From positions 1 through 64,000 of IMG/VR virus record IMGVR_UViG_3300042898_002309: a DNA stretch of 64,000 nucleotides; one strand, given 5' to 3'. The translations under genes and the position numbers were made by a program. This document shows, one piece after another, positions 49,701-58,266 of the stretch; the stretch's first letter is position 1, and each line of letters begins with the position of its first letter. Below the pieces are notes generated by a model. That model saw only the letters and a list, made by a program, of their open reading frames with translations. It was not told the DNA's origin and did not search any database. The DNA is from a virus.

Positions 49701-51269
49701 TCCAGATGCACCATATTTTTTAAATCTTATTTTTATTTCATCATCTGAAAGCATGTTTGCAGGTTTTATAGCAAGAGGATCATAATAAGGCAGCGTTGTA
49801 ATATATCCAGGTAATTTTTTATCTATTTCTTCATCTTTTTTAGTTCTATAAATCCATTCATTTATAGATTTTTCTGGATCTTTTAATTTAATTGCTGCAC
49901 CAATATTGATTAATTTTTTTTTATAATTTGCTTTTTTTATAGGATCATTTTCTAATTTATAACGTATTATATTGGTTGTCCAACTATTTGAATATGATGG
50001 AGCATTAGATGTAGTCATTTTTTGTATTTTAGCTATATCTGGTGATACATTCTCTGCAAATGTATATTTTTTAGGTTGATAAGTAATTTGTCCTTGTGGT
50101 TTTATTCTAGTATCATATTTTAACAATGGAGCTTTTGGATCTATAGCTCCTGTAATTACGTCAGACATATAAATAGCATTAGCATTTTTATTATTTTTAA
50201 TAATAGTTTTATTTGAACTAGAAACACTAGGGTGCGCTAAGGTTTCTTTTTGAATGTTTTTTAAATCCCAAGAACCATCATACCAAAGACCAATTTCTGG
50301 ATTATTATAATATGGTTTTAAATTATCATAAAAACCTTTTAACTTAATAGCATTATTATATAATGATAAACTATCAGAAGCTGTAGCAAGTCCTGTTTGT
50401 GCTTTAACTAGTTCATGTTGTACAAAACCACCCGCTTTAAATCCTTTCATCATTGGTGCCACTTCTTTATAGTGTTCCGCAAAATATTGTGCTTCTTCAG
50501 GAGTTCTGAAGTTTATATCTTCTTTACTTGGGGGAGGGTTTTCATTATACTCTAATTCATTACCACCTTTATCTTGTAACAATGGTACTGCTTGATTTCC
50601 CATAGAAGCCATAAAATGTGTACCTAAATCTCCATTTCCAAACTCATAAGTTTTAGGATTAGGTGAAACCATCCTTTGAGCTGCTGGATTTTTAAATTCG
50701 TTTTCAGTAGCCATTCTAGCTTTCATCATAGCATTCATAGCATTTTTGTCAACAGGTATTTCTTCTGCTCTAGGACCCGCTGTATTTTGTGGACCACCAT
50801 CTTGTGCTTCAGGTAATTCTTCTACTACATAACCACCATCTCTATATGCTTGTATTTCTTCATCAGTAAGATCAAGATCTTCATAATCAGCTTCTCCACC
50901 ATTTTCTTTAGTAGGTAGATTAAAACCATAATTTAATTCATAGTGACTTAATGGATTAGGATTAAGATTAATAGTACCAAGTTTAGAACCACCCTTCTTA
51001 GCCATAGGTGTTTCATCTACATAAGATGCACCAGGAAAGTTATAATCTTGATTAGGTTGCATCATTGATCCAGGACCAACATTAGGTTGAGCCCATACAG
51101 GATAAGGTACACCTTGCATAGTAATATCATTACCAGGGATTCTAGTTTTTTGACCTGGATATTTCCATTGACCTGCTGGATCAGTTATTATATCTTTTGG
51201 TTTACCTGGTGCTTTTGCTTTACCTAATTCTGATACAGCTTTAGATAATACTTTTTTATTGAATCCCAT
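43746..51269 (-). CDS. modular polyvalent effector/cargo polyprotein (two ART-like domains, HExxH metallopeptidase, internal repeats)
   Basis: 2507 aa; YHGS..GVY....A..Y..GYDAV..PKNIKS..NNG.FD (ART-PolyVal-like); YRMLG..G..D...SG.FR (ART-like); IHELTH...YLSDPTEVQAR; repeated cassette borders. Confidence 0.8.
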   Translation of the reverse strand: MGFNKKVLSKAVSELGKAKAPGKPKDIITDPAGQWKYPGQKTRIPGNDITMQGVPYPVWAQPNVGPGSMMQPNQDYNFPGASYVDETPMAKKGGSKLGTINLNPNPLSHYELNYGFNLPTKENGGEADYEDLDLTDEEIQAYRDGGYVVEELPEAQDGGPQNTAGPRAEEIPVDKNAMNAMMKARMATENEFKNPAAQRMVSPNPKTYEFGNGDLGTHFMASMGNQAVPLLQDKGGNELEYNENPPPSKEDINFRTPEEAQYFAEHYKEVAPMMKGFKAGGFVQHELVKAQTGLATASDSLSLYNNAIKLKGFYDNLKPYYNNPEIGLWYDGSWDLKNIQKETLAHPSVSSSNKTIIKNNKNANAIYMSDVITGAIDPKAPLLKYDTRIKPQGQITYQPKKYTFAENVSPDIAKIQKMTTSNAPSYSNSWTTNIIRYKLENDPIKKANYKKKLINIGAAIKLKDPEKSINEWIYRTKKDEEIDKKLPGYITTLPYYDPLAIKPANMLSDDEIKIRFKKYGASGIPQSKLKTLGLSSSIQSVKPIDKKPVNKKILDKNGNTPTADYLKKYPVKPVEEVTPLKPISYQEFTRPEQQIILAKPYKKPVHYAGPRYGVLAGDENLDLPEGYTQEQREAARRKRDSDTFQQKNLEYQQQQRGAQPVVTRKYGGILHKAQTGRTVTHTNRDDYNKAFAAESDSLSFYNSGINNVIKADKTKKTPKNQTINSATKKYESYNTSLKNLKDQDKQFGIKLSDKDYMDYLNIGSFSDKTKKLNKPVGFVTYNNGLHRVGQYKKPVIHNVYKKPVQPVQSIEEVTPLNNIPYQEFKRPEQSILSKPVREQMTIPVQKAVQRTLRVPVQGVEDYWIKDPVLGNIKRQRPVTTYKEVPWTDEAAGSQNYNINTGTSNTNVIQDNKKHLKPAVLTENFKEGGEPDGTLPDEEWYKNYQQQKAKYESDKAKGIISSTGYLDEVTVTPANNNRPKGIQLSPKEYAEKYRNWQWQEQSKELARKLHGPNFGPQSAGSADWFWTLPFAAPAALEAAGAIGAMSLPGMAAVPGATVGNAAMAAGMANSFYQTPKNVRDWYDVSQGTKDWKEAAAGTAEIAAGLIGSKAGFKSVADDVAQGAKTVGKALGTETGLLSKVSDVNPWAWKPEPTSAYRMLGKEGLEDAQQSGVFRSNQVDVYDPSFSNKAFEETYYSQGVPFDAKKYKFPQEVIDKTSFAGGKNNRVWNWNKFEGPHMVEVTNSHDIANFNTNGVSPFENFGYEITTPGNAPLSFNHPNVNVYKQHWLQGYKKVPRTKWHLQPATIEGGFRQGGALDSYQKKGEVQPKVAVKEKPYNFYTSPLGQIVGQGLAIQKKQALDRYNNDQNSKSNAGWSNEKNVTPSKKKPVQPTVQQKTAQKLFDEKFKVTGKDAYTKVKDKIATSQKDYIASGKKNGYAITQKDLDDIENMHWKSAGVGQIGEPDAVQAAPTQSNSNRAWEYITNPFTAAEYAISGGGAENMPHNINEMRMAGIDPGVVEGRNLVGNTLNSTLNLFDAGDKVVRNIGKGNYGSAFLEGLRFIPGSGLLDDAVRLGVKPGVKYLGKALGTETGLLSKVDDYRTPFQSEINWGNWNKEILADEPLLKEYSKIEEATKTNGTWMKNSDGSAYKGTPEQFVQQNSENFKNAFGDNYVTGYHGSNKGNIQEFRKGKVGDLEDGVYLANSPKDADSYRLKLNPFSKRYELAAKTKNPLIFDAKNKLWTKLDHDELINRIGQENFNVLGIKPKKKYDTAEVTDIAKKLGYDAVNFKNIKDAGMYAGFNGDVLRGLRAPINKNNYSIINPKNIKSLLRNNGKFDMTNPNIYKAAIPLTIGTGAALDQWHLQPATIEGGFKNGGILDKAQGGKTVYKKPLEQPAPQFNLLMQDHKQQYIKKNSDSPELNKQDLVKKYQQELNKEKAIKLAKEKLAKQKAINDAIPRGPVSDNTRTVIPKQVVSDINNAAFYNSPQETAKREARKKEQAAFEKEQWNKYNKMSFAEKALDVTQAAIAHPILMAGNALTGNQAYIPGMGRGLMNTESPEYDKYLKATGQTKGQFEISDLANIVNPGYWGGHAGNELHKGNYATGLLETGLAFAGVPGSGRTAIQGVKSLAQDINQGAKYLNQGTKAIGKTLPGSPNAVNMIKGIGKLPGRFYDVITKTPERLKTLREAENWMQGWVSHPATQEKIINSYKESLKSPNYHSVFGTVENSPIAKHNLEEVIKFTSGYKPAGRLQEYPIIEQLTEFPNIHKDNAGINYTHEDIPGEILNMPENTYIPLSKNKLESEIPKVDKLIKTKPNALDTKPQFIRHGNWVSRWLDPKNRLSTGIHELTHDWTKAQSLELTDQKKIIEDAIDYPYLKERKKINNSKEVDKLIDYLSDPTEVQARIMELRKYFDLSPDDIITPEQADKMFKEVALGNTPVDTQFVKIIKKDNGKSAAKLFNKVWAVAPIAGTLGVGALQQEKNGGDIESWEDDLDDDEIKALEKAGYIIERIK
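45668..45706. repeat. 39-bp direct repeat B, copy 2 (encodes WHLQPATIEGGF)
   Basis: taaatcctccttcaatagttgctggttgtaaatgccatt, identical to 47345-47383. Confidence 0.95.
46491..46532. repeat. 42-bp direct repeat A, copy 2 (encodes GKALGTETGLLSKV)
   Basis: tactttagataataaacctgtttctgttcctaatgctttacc, identical to 47853-47894. Confidence 0.95.
47345..47383. repeat. 39-bp direct repeat B, copy 1
   Basis: Identical to 45668-45706. Confidence 0.95.
47853..47894. repeat. 42-bp direct repeat A, copy 1
   Basis: Identical to 46491-46532. Confidence 0.95.
48783..49555. repeat. diverged ~65-bp direct repeat pair (48783-48847 and 49491-49555)
   Basis: Both encode EEVTPL..I.YQEF.RPEQ; roughly 80% DNA identity by eye. 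Confidence 0.8.
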
Positions 51270-54200
51270 TATCTGAGTGATATTTGATTTTTACTATTGC
51301 TCAATTTAATAATCATATTAACATCCTGTGAATCAGTTCTGCTCAAATATAAGAAATTTAAATAATTCCTGAATTTTTTTCTTTGCAGTTCTGTTTTATT
51401 ATAATTTAAATTTGTTGGAGTTAATGTTTTTATATATCCATTAGCTTGTGTTACCCATATTGATTCTTGATCATAACTTCCTGCTAATACTGTAGTACTA
51501 GGAACTAATGGTCCTGTTGGAGGATAATTAGATCCAATTGGGAACTCACCTCTATTTCTTGTTATATCCCAGAATTGATTAAATCTATATTTGTTTTCTT
51601 CTTTAGAGAATAGTATATCTATAGATGTAGGATTAATAAGAGGATATGTATTAGCAAGAGTAATATTATTTTTAGGAAAGATATTAAGATTTAAGTATCC
51701 TGATACTTGTTCTGAATTAAATATTACTGCTTTATCAAAATTATAATCCAACACATGGAATTGATCTACACAGTTATTAGAATGATTTTTATAGCATTCA
51801 AGTATATACTCTATAGATTTTAAAGTGGTAACTGTCTGTCCCGTAATAAGGGGTATCTCAACTTCAAATGGATGTTGAACTCCATAAAATTTACAGTAAC
51901 TATTACATACTGCATTATGTTTCCATACTTTACCTCCTTTAGTTGTTGCAAAATATTGTCTTGCTGGTAATACAAAGTCTGGATGCCAGTCATGAAAAGA
52001 TATCCAATGTTGACTTTTAGGGTCAAAACTTGTAGTCCATGAAGCACTTTCAAATATAAGTGGATTACCTAATTCAACTTTTGCTATACCATCTACTAAG
52101 AAATAATCACCATAAGAAAAATATACTACTCTATTTGCATATTGAGGTTTTAATTTATAATCTTTTTTACAGAAATATATAACACCATTATAATTATCAT
52201 ATACTGCTTGAGTACCAATACCTGCTACAGGATTATCTGTATGTGGATATTCTGGAAAATCTTCAGTAAGTTTATATGGTAAGAATAAACTAAACCACCA
52301 TTTCATTCCTGCTTGAGATATTTCTGTTAAACCTTGAGCAAATGAAAATACTCTTCCTTGATTTTGAGACATATAATACATTCCTGCAGGAGTACCAATA
52401 ACACCAAATTTATTTTGAGAAGACCCATACTCATACTCTACATCTGATATAGTAATATTTTGAGGAGGATTAGAAAATAAGCCACCATCACCTATAGTAA
52501 GTTTAGTACCTAACTCAGTTGTAAGAGTATCTACACCTTGATACATTAATGGACTAGCATTTTGGAATGTAATAAACATACCAGTTTTAGCATAAGGTTT
52601 TATACTAGTAATTCTATTCTTAAAGTCATGAAAATTATTTACTAAATATACAAACCAAGAATCTTTTGTAGACCAGTTTTGTTGTGGTAGTGAATATACT
52701 ACTCTATCAGGATAATAAGTATAACATAATTGGGATACAACAGGATTATAATATCTTGATTGTAGATTACCTTGTGAAAAATATTGTGTAAATATTTTAG
52801 ATATACTTAATGAATAGTCATATGCATAATAGTTACCCTGTGTTATTGTATTAGGGTCCATATTAAACATTTCTGGTAAATTAGTATATGAATTTACATC
52901 ATAATTTTTTTGCCAAGTTTCTAAACCAGGTTGTCTAAAATCTACTATTACATCTGACTCAACAAAGAAATCTCTTACTGAAGAATTAGCTAAATAAAAA
53001 TATGAATTTTTAGCACCAAATACTCCAGGATATGTATCTGGAAAACCTGATGCTGTATCATTTGAATACTTATATTTACGTATACTATTTACATAGTAAT
53101 CTAAGTTATAAAAACCTGTTGGTAAAAGCCCTGTTCCAGCAGGTGGATTAATTAAATCTGCAATTGAACTTGGTGTAAGATCACCTACATCATATTCTTC
53201 ACTGTTAGCCCAAAATCTTGGTTCAGCTATCATATGTCTTAGAATATAATTATATTCATAACCATCAGGTTGTCCATATAACCAGTCATAGAAAAAGAAC
53301 ATGTTGTTTTTTTCAGTATATCTATTTACATAAGTGTCTCCTCCAAATAATACAGGAGTTTGAGTTATTGTTTCTAAAGTAACTAACTTAGCTGCAGTAC
53401 CATAAGGAGTACTAATAGTACACCAAAAACTACTAAATGTTACTGGTATATTTTGATTATTATAATTTAATTTTTGTTCTGAAGGTGTAATAGGTATTTC
53501 TTTAAGTGAATCAAGTTGACCATATTGATTTCTTAATCTAACTTTGATACCAACATAATGACTTGCAATACTAAGATTAAATTCATTAGTCTTTTTTGAT
53601 TTCATGTCAACTGGTAATCCAATACCTGCTTGTATAGCAGTACCCAATGTTACAAGTGAAGTATCACCATATCCTGTAGCTGTAGAAGGATTAAGAATAT
53701 AATCAGGTCCAAAATTTTGATTTAAATTATTAGTAGTTCTTAAAGTAACAGTTGTCTGTCTTTGAAGATTATTAATTATATAACTAATTCCACTGAAAGG
53801 CTTAAGACCTTGAATATTATTTTTTAAATATAAACTATCTTCAATATTAAATCTTTGTCTTTTACCTGTAACTGGTGCAGCAAAACTACTATAGAAACCT
53901 TCTGCAATAGCTTGTAATGCATATTGTCTATATGGTATTAAAGCATATACTAATCTAATTGTTGTATTTGCTCCTTCTGAAAAATAAAAAAATGATTGTT
54001 GAACAAAATTAGCAATACCAAAAATACCTGCATATTGATATTTAGGTACATCTTTAGTATATGATCTTCCGGTAACACCTGTACCACCTAGTCCTGCACT
54101 GGTAGTATTTGCTGTTATATATGCACCATATATACCTGCAAAAAGCGGATTACCAAGAGGATTTAAGGCATCAGTTAAATATAAACCTGTACTTAAATAA

Positions 54201-56566
54201 GTACTTAATGCAGCTTGATAAGTTGTTTGCCCAACTTGCATAACTCCTGCTGCAACATGTGCTGCTGTTACTACTGCTCCTAATCCATCACTACCACCTG
54301 TTGCTGGAGTTGGAGCAGCTTCATTAATTGTCCATTTACCTCCTTGTTGTAATGCAAGTTCAATAACACCGGCTAATATAGCTGCGGCTACTGTTATATC
54401 AGCTAATAGTTTAAATTTTGGATGATTATTAGGTTCTTGAAAATACTGTACTGAAGTACCTCTTAAACTACCATATATTTTTAATTCAGTAACAGATAAA
54501 TATGGATTTCTAAAATTAGTATCTGGTGAATGAAAAGTCATTAAATTAGTTGGTATTGTTTGATCTACAATTTGATCACTACTATTTGTTAATTTAATAT
54601 ATGGATCATTAACACCTGAAACATTTCCACCTAATAAACTTGAAAGTGGTCTAATGGTATTAAAAGGATAATTAGGATATAAACCAATTCTGTTTCCAGT
54701 ATTGTTACCTTTAATATTATAGGTACGCATATTATTAACCATACCTTTAGCAATAATACTTCTGTTACCCTCTCTAGACCCTCTTAGTATTTCATAACCT
54801 ACTATTCCTGGTATATCATTACCATCATTATCTTTTGGTAAAAATATATTAGTAAAGTTTACACCCATTAATCTAATACTAGTACCTCCATTAGAATAAT
54901 GATTTGTAAGTAAAGAACCTGCTGTAATATTATCAGGAAACTTATGATGTCTTATTGGTTCAGCACATAAATCAAATTGTGGATCAGTTGTACCTGACCA
55001 ACACTGAGATGATGAATCCCATATATCATGTCTATTATCTGGATACTTTTCTGTTGATTCCCAGTATCCCATTCTACCTGTTGCAATAATTTTACCACCA
55101 TCAGGTAATGTTGTTACAGGAGGTAAACCACCTAAAGTTGCTGTATTATATACTTCAAATACTCTATCATTTGTATCTAAAACATCTATACCTGTTGCAG
55201 GAGCTGTTTCTAATGACCCTTTGTATTGCATTGGGGCACGTCCAGGAATATGATATGATGAAGATTTATCTCCAGTACTATATACCCATCTAATAAAGAA
55301 AGCATATACTTCATCTCTTAGATAACTTGTATTGCTTCCTCCTTTTACATAATAATCTGCAGGATATTCAACTGATACCCATTGTGATCTTATTTGATTA
55401 GCTAAAGGTTGATAGTTAAAATCAAATTTAGATCTTGGTGCAATTTTTAATAAATATGTATTAACCTCAGTAATCTGATCTGATGTTTCATATACAGGAG
55501 ATCTTAATGGAAGTACTTCAACAGGTATAGTAATAAGATCATCTTTAATTTGATCTAAATGTACTACAGATGTACTTGTAGAATATAATCCAATTCTTTT
55601 TGCTACCGCACCTTGGTTAATTACTTGTATTACTACTAATTCAAATTCATCAAAATGTTTTGTATCAGCTGTAATTAATATATCAATACATCCTTGTACA
55701 TCATTAATATTCCAAATTGGTTGAGTATTACTTGGTGAAAAATAATCTGTAACTCTTTGACCTTTAATAGTATATGCAAGAGTTGCAAAGTATGATCCAT
55801 TTCTTAATACACCTCCACCAATACCTGGTACAACTTGAATAGTTGGTGTATCCATTAATCTTGAAAGTCTTAATTCTTCACAATTTAATGTAGTTAAATC
55901 TTTACATATAATACATCCTACAGGAATATAACCACCTGGAGCTGGTACTATAATATTATTTTCATCTTTACATTCTTGATTCCATTGAATTCCTGGCCAT
56001 TGAATATTTACACCTGATCCATTTGCATATGTATTACTACCAATCCATATATAATCAGGAGTTGGCCATAATGCATCATCTCCAACATTTAAATATCTAT
56101 CAGGATTTCTACCATCAGCAAAATATACAGACCATGAACAGTCTTCTTTTTCTCTTGATGCACCTGTAATTAAAAATTGTTTATCAAAATTTAAACAAAG
56201 ATCTTGCACCATAATTCTATATCTACAACTATCTTCTTCAAATAATCCTATTTCACATCCAGTAGCTGCACCAACTCCTGATGTTGGATGTGCTACAGTA
56301 AAAAGGACCCATTTATCACTATATAAATGTATTGCACCTATAATATATTTTTTACCAGAAAGTGTTGCTCCTGCTTCTGCACATAATATATTTGATGTTT
56401 CATTTGATAATGTACCAACATTACCTTCTAAAGTATTGTTAACTGCATTACGTGCATGAGTCCACATGCCCTCACTTACAAATGTAGGATCTGAATCTTT
56501 ATTTAATCCCTTTATAAAGGTGTTAGTTTTATTTTGACTTGTATCTTGTATATTTTTCTTTGCCAT
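51269..56566 (-). CDS. tail stabilisation / muzzle protein (P22 gp10-like, crAss muzzle)
   Basis: 1765 aa; KGLNKD...A.N.V...G...NE N-terminus, PIRHHKFPD, LFGGDTY, WISFHDW.P; position downstream of the ring proteins. Confidence 0.82.
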   Translation of the reverse strand: MAKKNIQDTSQNKTNTFIKGLNKDSDPTFVSEGMWTHARNAVNNTLEGNVGTLSNETSNILCAEAGATLSGKKYIIGAIHLYSDKWVLFTVAHPTSGVGAATGCEIGLFEEDSCRYRIMVQDLCLNFDKQFLITGASREKEDCSWSVYFADGRNPDRYLNVGDDALWPTPDYIWIGSNTYANGSGVNIQWPGIQWNQECKDENNIIVPAPGGYIPVGCIICKDLTTLNCEELRLSRLMDTPTIQVVPGIGGGVLRNGSYFATLAYTIKGQRVTDYFSPSNTQPIWNINDVQGCIDILITADTKHFDEFELVVIQVINQGAVAKRIGLYSTSTSVVHLDQIKDDLITIPVEVLPLRSPVYETSDQITEVNTYLLKIAPRSKFDFNYQPLANQIRSQWVSVEYPADYYVKGGSNTSYLRDEVYAFFIRWVYSTGDKSSSYHIPGRAPMQYKGSLETAPATGIDVLDTNDRVFEVYNTATLGGLPPVTTLPDGGKIIATGRMGYWESTEKYPDNRHDIWDSSSQCWSGTTDPQFDLCAEPIRHHKFPDNITAGSLLTNHYSNGGTSIRLMGVNFTNIFLPKDNDGNDIPGIVGYEILRGSREGNRSIIAKGMVNNMRTYNIKGNNTGNRIGLYPNYPFNTIRPLSSLLGGNVSGVNDPYIKLTNSSDQIVDQTIPTNLMTFHSPDTNFRNPYLSVTELKIYGSLRGTSVQYFQEPNNHPKFKLLADITVAAAILAGVIELALQQGGKWTINEAAPTPATGGSDGLGAVVTAAHVAAGVMQVGQTTYQAALSTYLSTGLYLTDALNPLGNPLFAGIYGAYITANTTSAGLGGTGVTGRSYTKDVPKYQYAGIFGIANFVQQSFFYFSEGANTTIRLVYALIPYRQYALQAIAEGFYSSFAAPVTGKRQRFNIEDSLYLKNNIQGLKPFSGISYIINNLQRQTTVTLRTTNNLNQNFGPDYILNPSTATGYGDTSLVTLGTAIQAGIGLPVDMKSKKTNEFNLSIASHYVGIKVRLRNQYGQLDSLKEIPITPSEQKLNYNNQNIPVTFSSFWCTISTPYGTAAKLVTLETITQTPVLFGGDTYVNRYTEKNNMFFFYDWLYGQPDGYEYNYILRHMIAEPRFWANSEEYDVGDLTPSSIADLINPPAGTGLLPTGFYNLDYYVNSIRKYKYSNDTASGFPDTYPGVFGAKNSYFYLANSSVRDFFVESDVIVDFRQPGLETWQKNYDVNSYTNLPEMFNMDPNTITQGNYYAYDYSLSISKIFTQYFSQGNLQSRYYNPVVSQLCYTYYPDRVVYSLPQQNWSTKDSWFVYLVNNFHDFKNRITSIKPYAKTGMFITFQNASPLMYQGVDTLTTELGTKLTIGDGGLFSNPPQNITISDVEYEYGSSQNKFGVIGTPAGMYYMSQNQGRVFSFAQGLTEISQAGMKWWFSLFLPYKLTEDFPEYPHTDNPVAGIGTQAVYDNYNGVIYFCKKDYKLKPQYANRVVYFSYGDYFLVDGIAKVELGNPLIFESASWTTSFDPKSQHWISFHDWHPDFVLPARQYFATTKGGKVWKHNAVCNSYCKFYGVQHPFEVEIPLITGQTVTTLKSIEYILECYKNHSNNCVDQFHVLDYNFDKAVIFNSEQVSGYLNLNIFPKNNITLANTYPLINPTSIDILFSKEENKYRFNQFWDITRNRGEFPIGSNYPPTGPLVPSTTVLAGSYDQESIWVTQANGYIKTLTPTNLNYNKTELQRKKFRNYLNFLYLSRTDSQDVNMIIKLSNSKNQISLR

Positions 56567-56578
56567 AACATAATAATA

Positions 56579-57595
56579 TTATAATATCCGCATACTGTTA
56601 TAGTTAAAACTTTTAAACATGTCATAGTATTTAGAATACTGTGCTCTTCTGTTAGCCATCCATAACCCTTTCATCTCTGCAAAGTTAGGTGTATTAACAA
56701 TTGATAAAGCATAATTTCTTGCAGCTTTTAATCTTTGTTCTATAAGTTGTAATTTTTGTACTACATCTTCACCATTAAGATATAAGTTTTCAAATATTCT
56801 TTGCTTTACAGCATATTCATAATACTCATTAATTTCATCATGATCTGGAACTAATAAGTTACCATTATCATCTTCTAGTGCTCCTTGATAATTAATATAT
56901 ACTTTACCACAATCAAAAGTAGTATGTAAGAAACCATCTTTAATCCATGCTTCATTAGCTGCATTAAGATAAAGATTAGGACAATCACATTCTATTTCTC
57001 TTGAAGATCTAAACCTTAAAGGAATTAGTGATTCATATATTCTTGTTTCTCCAGTAGGTATTACTTGAATTAATTCAAATGCTTCACCTTTACAGTTAGA
57101 AAATACTCTTGGTCTTATACAAGTATTACCAAATGGATTATTAGGATCATATTGTGGAACTAATATAGGAGTATTATTAAATGTAGTATCTGCACAAGCA
57201 ATAGTATGATTACATGGGTTAGCATTACAAGTACTACAATTAACTGTAGGGGGTGCACATATATCTACTGTACTTGGTACTTCAGTATAAGGTACTTCCA
57301 TAGTAGTAGTACCTCCAGATTGATATCCTACCTCTTGTCTAAATGATCCACATATTGACCCAAAGTTCATTACATAAAAATCATCAGGTAATTTTACCTT
57401 ATGATGTTCTACTTCTAATATGGCTTCTTTAGTCATATTAATTCTAAGACCTAAATCATATGTTACTCTTTTTGCAACTTTAATTAGTTGTTGAGGCTCA
57501 ATTAAATTTTCAAGAGCATATGTATTTAAGTCAATAGTAACATCTTCCAGTAATTGGTCAAATGTTCTAAACTTGAGTGTATAGTTAAAGTCCAT
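56579..57595 (-). CDS. tail ring / tubular protein (P22 gp4-like)
   Basis: 338 aa; VKLPDDF, I..GFL.T.F..GKVYINY.G...DD.G..LVPD. Confidence 0.7.
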   Translation of the reverse strand: MDFNYTLKFRTFDQLLEDVTIDLNTYALENLIEPQQLIKVAKRVTYDLGLRINMTKEAILEVEHHKVKLPDDFYVMNFGSICGSFRQEVGYQSGGTTTMEVPYTEVPSTVDICAPPTVNCSTCNANPCNHTIACADTTFNNTPILVPQYDPNNPFGNTCIRPRVFSNCKGEAFELIQVIPTGETRIYESLIPLRFRSSREIECDCPNLYLNAANEAWIKDGFLHTTFDCGKVYINYQGALEDDNGNLLVPDHDEINEYYEYAVKQRIFENLYLNGEDVVQKLQLIEQRLKAARNYALSIVNTPNFAEMKGLWMANRRAQYSKYYDMFKSFNYNSMRIL

Positions 57596-58266
57596 TATCT
57601 TAATGAGTTTTGACTATCATCAGGACCATTTGTAGGTACATTAATAGACATAGTTAATTCTTTTAATACATATTGTTCAATTTCACCAAATAAGTAATCT
57701 GGAAACATTAATTGGTCATCATTTCTGAATCTACATTCTTGAGATGTATCACATGTAAAACCTGTAATAGTATCTTCAAACATACCTTCTACTTTAATTG
57801 CTTCCCATGGAACATTAGGCATATATAAATAACCATCTAAATACCAGAAATATTTTCTAGTATTATATCTGAAACTATTTACTTTAGTCATAGAAGAATA
57901 TGTACCTGGATCAGTTCTAAATAATTCTACTGATGTATCTAATGAAGATACAGTACGTATAAGTGGCCCATTAAGTCCATCAAAAAACTTAGGTAGTCTT
58001 TCTTTAGTTCTTTTAATATAACAACCAGAGGTAATACCAAAGCATCCTGCCTCTACTTTATCTACATCTATTAATTCAACAAATGTTAAAGTAGAAAATA
58101 TTGAACTTATCTTCATTAACCTGTTCTGATTATCTTCTCTCTTTAAAAGAGATTTCCCATATTTTGAAATTGCAAAATATATTGTTCTATCAGTTAAGAA
58201 TGGATCCTCCTTTACAGCTTTAAGTGCATTCCTAACTCTTGATATTGCTTCACCAATTGTTGTCAT
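57595..58266 (-). CDS. tail ring protein
   Basis: 223 aa; MTTIGE.ISR, LTDR.IY, YFW..DGYLY.PN; translationally coupled to its neighbours. Confidence 0.65.
   Translation of the reverse strand: MTTIGEAISRVRNALKAVKEDPFLTDRTIYFAISKYGKSLLKREDNQNRLMKISSIFSTLTFVELIDVDKVEAGCFGITSGCYIKRTKERLPKFFDGLNGPLIRTVSSLDTSVELFRTDPGTYSSMTKVNSFRYNTRKYFWYLDGYLYMPNVPWEAIKVEGMFEDTITGFTCDTSQECRFRNDDQLMFPDYLFGEIEQYVLKELTMSINVPTNGPDDSQNSLR

Noticed and set aside
277-55293. Numerous 60-102 aa ORFs nested in or antisense to long genes
   Set aside because: They overlap well-supported CDS and have compositions typical of off-frame or antisense translation.
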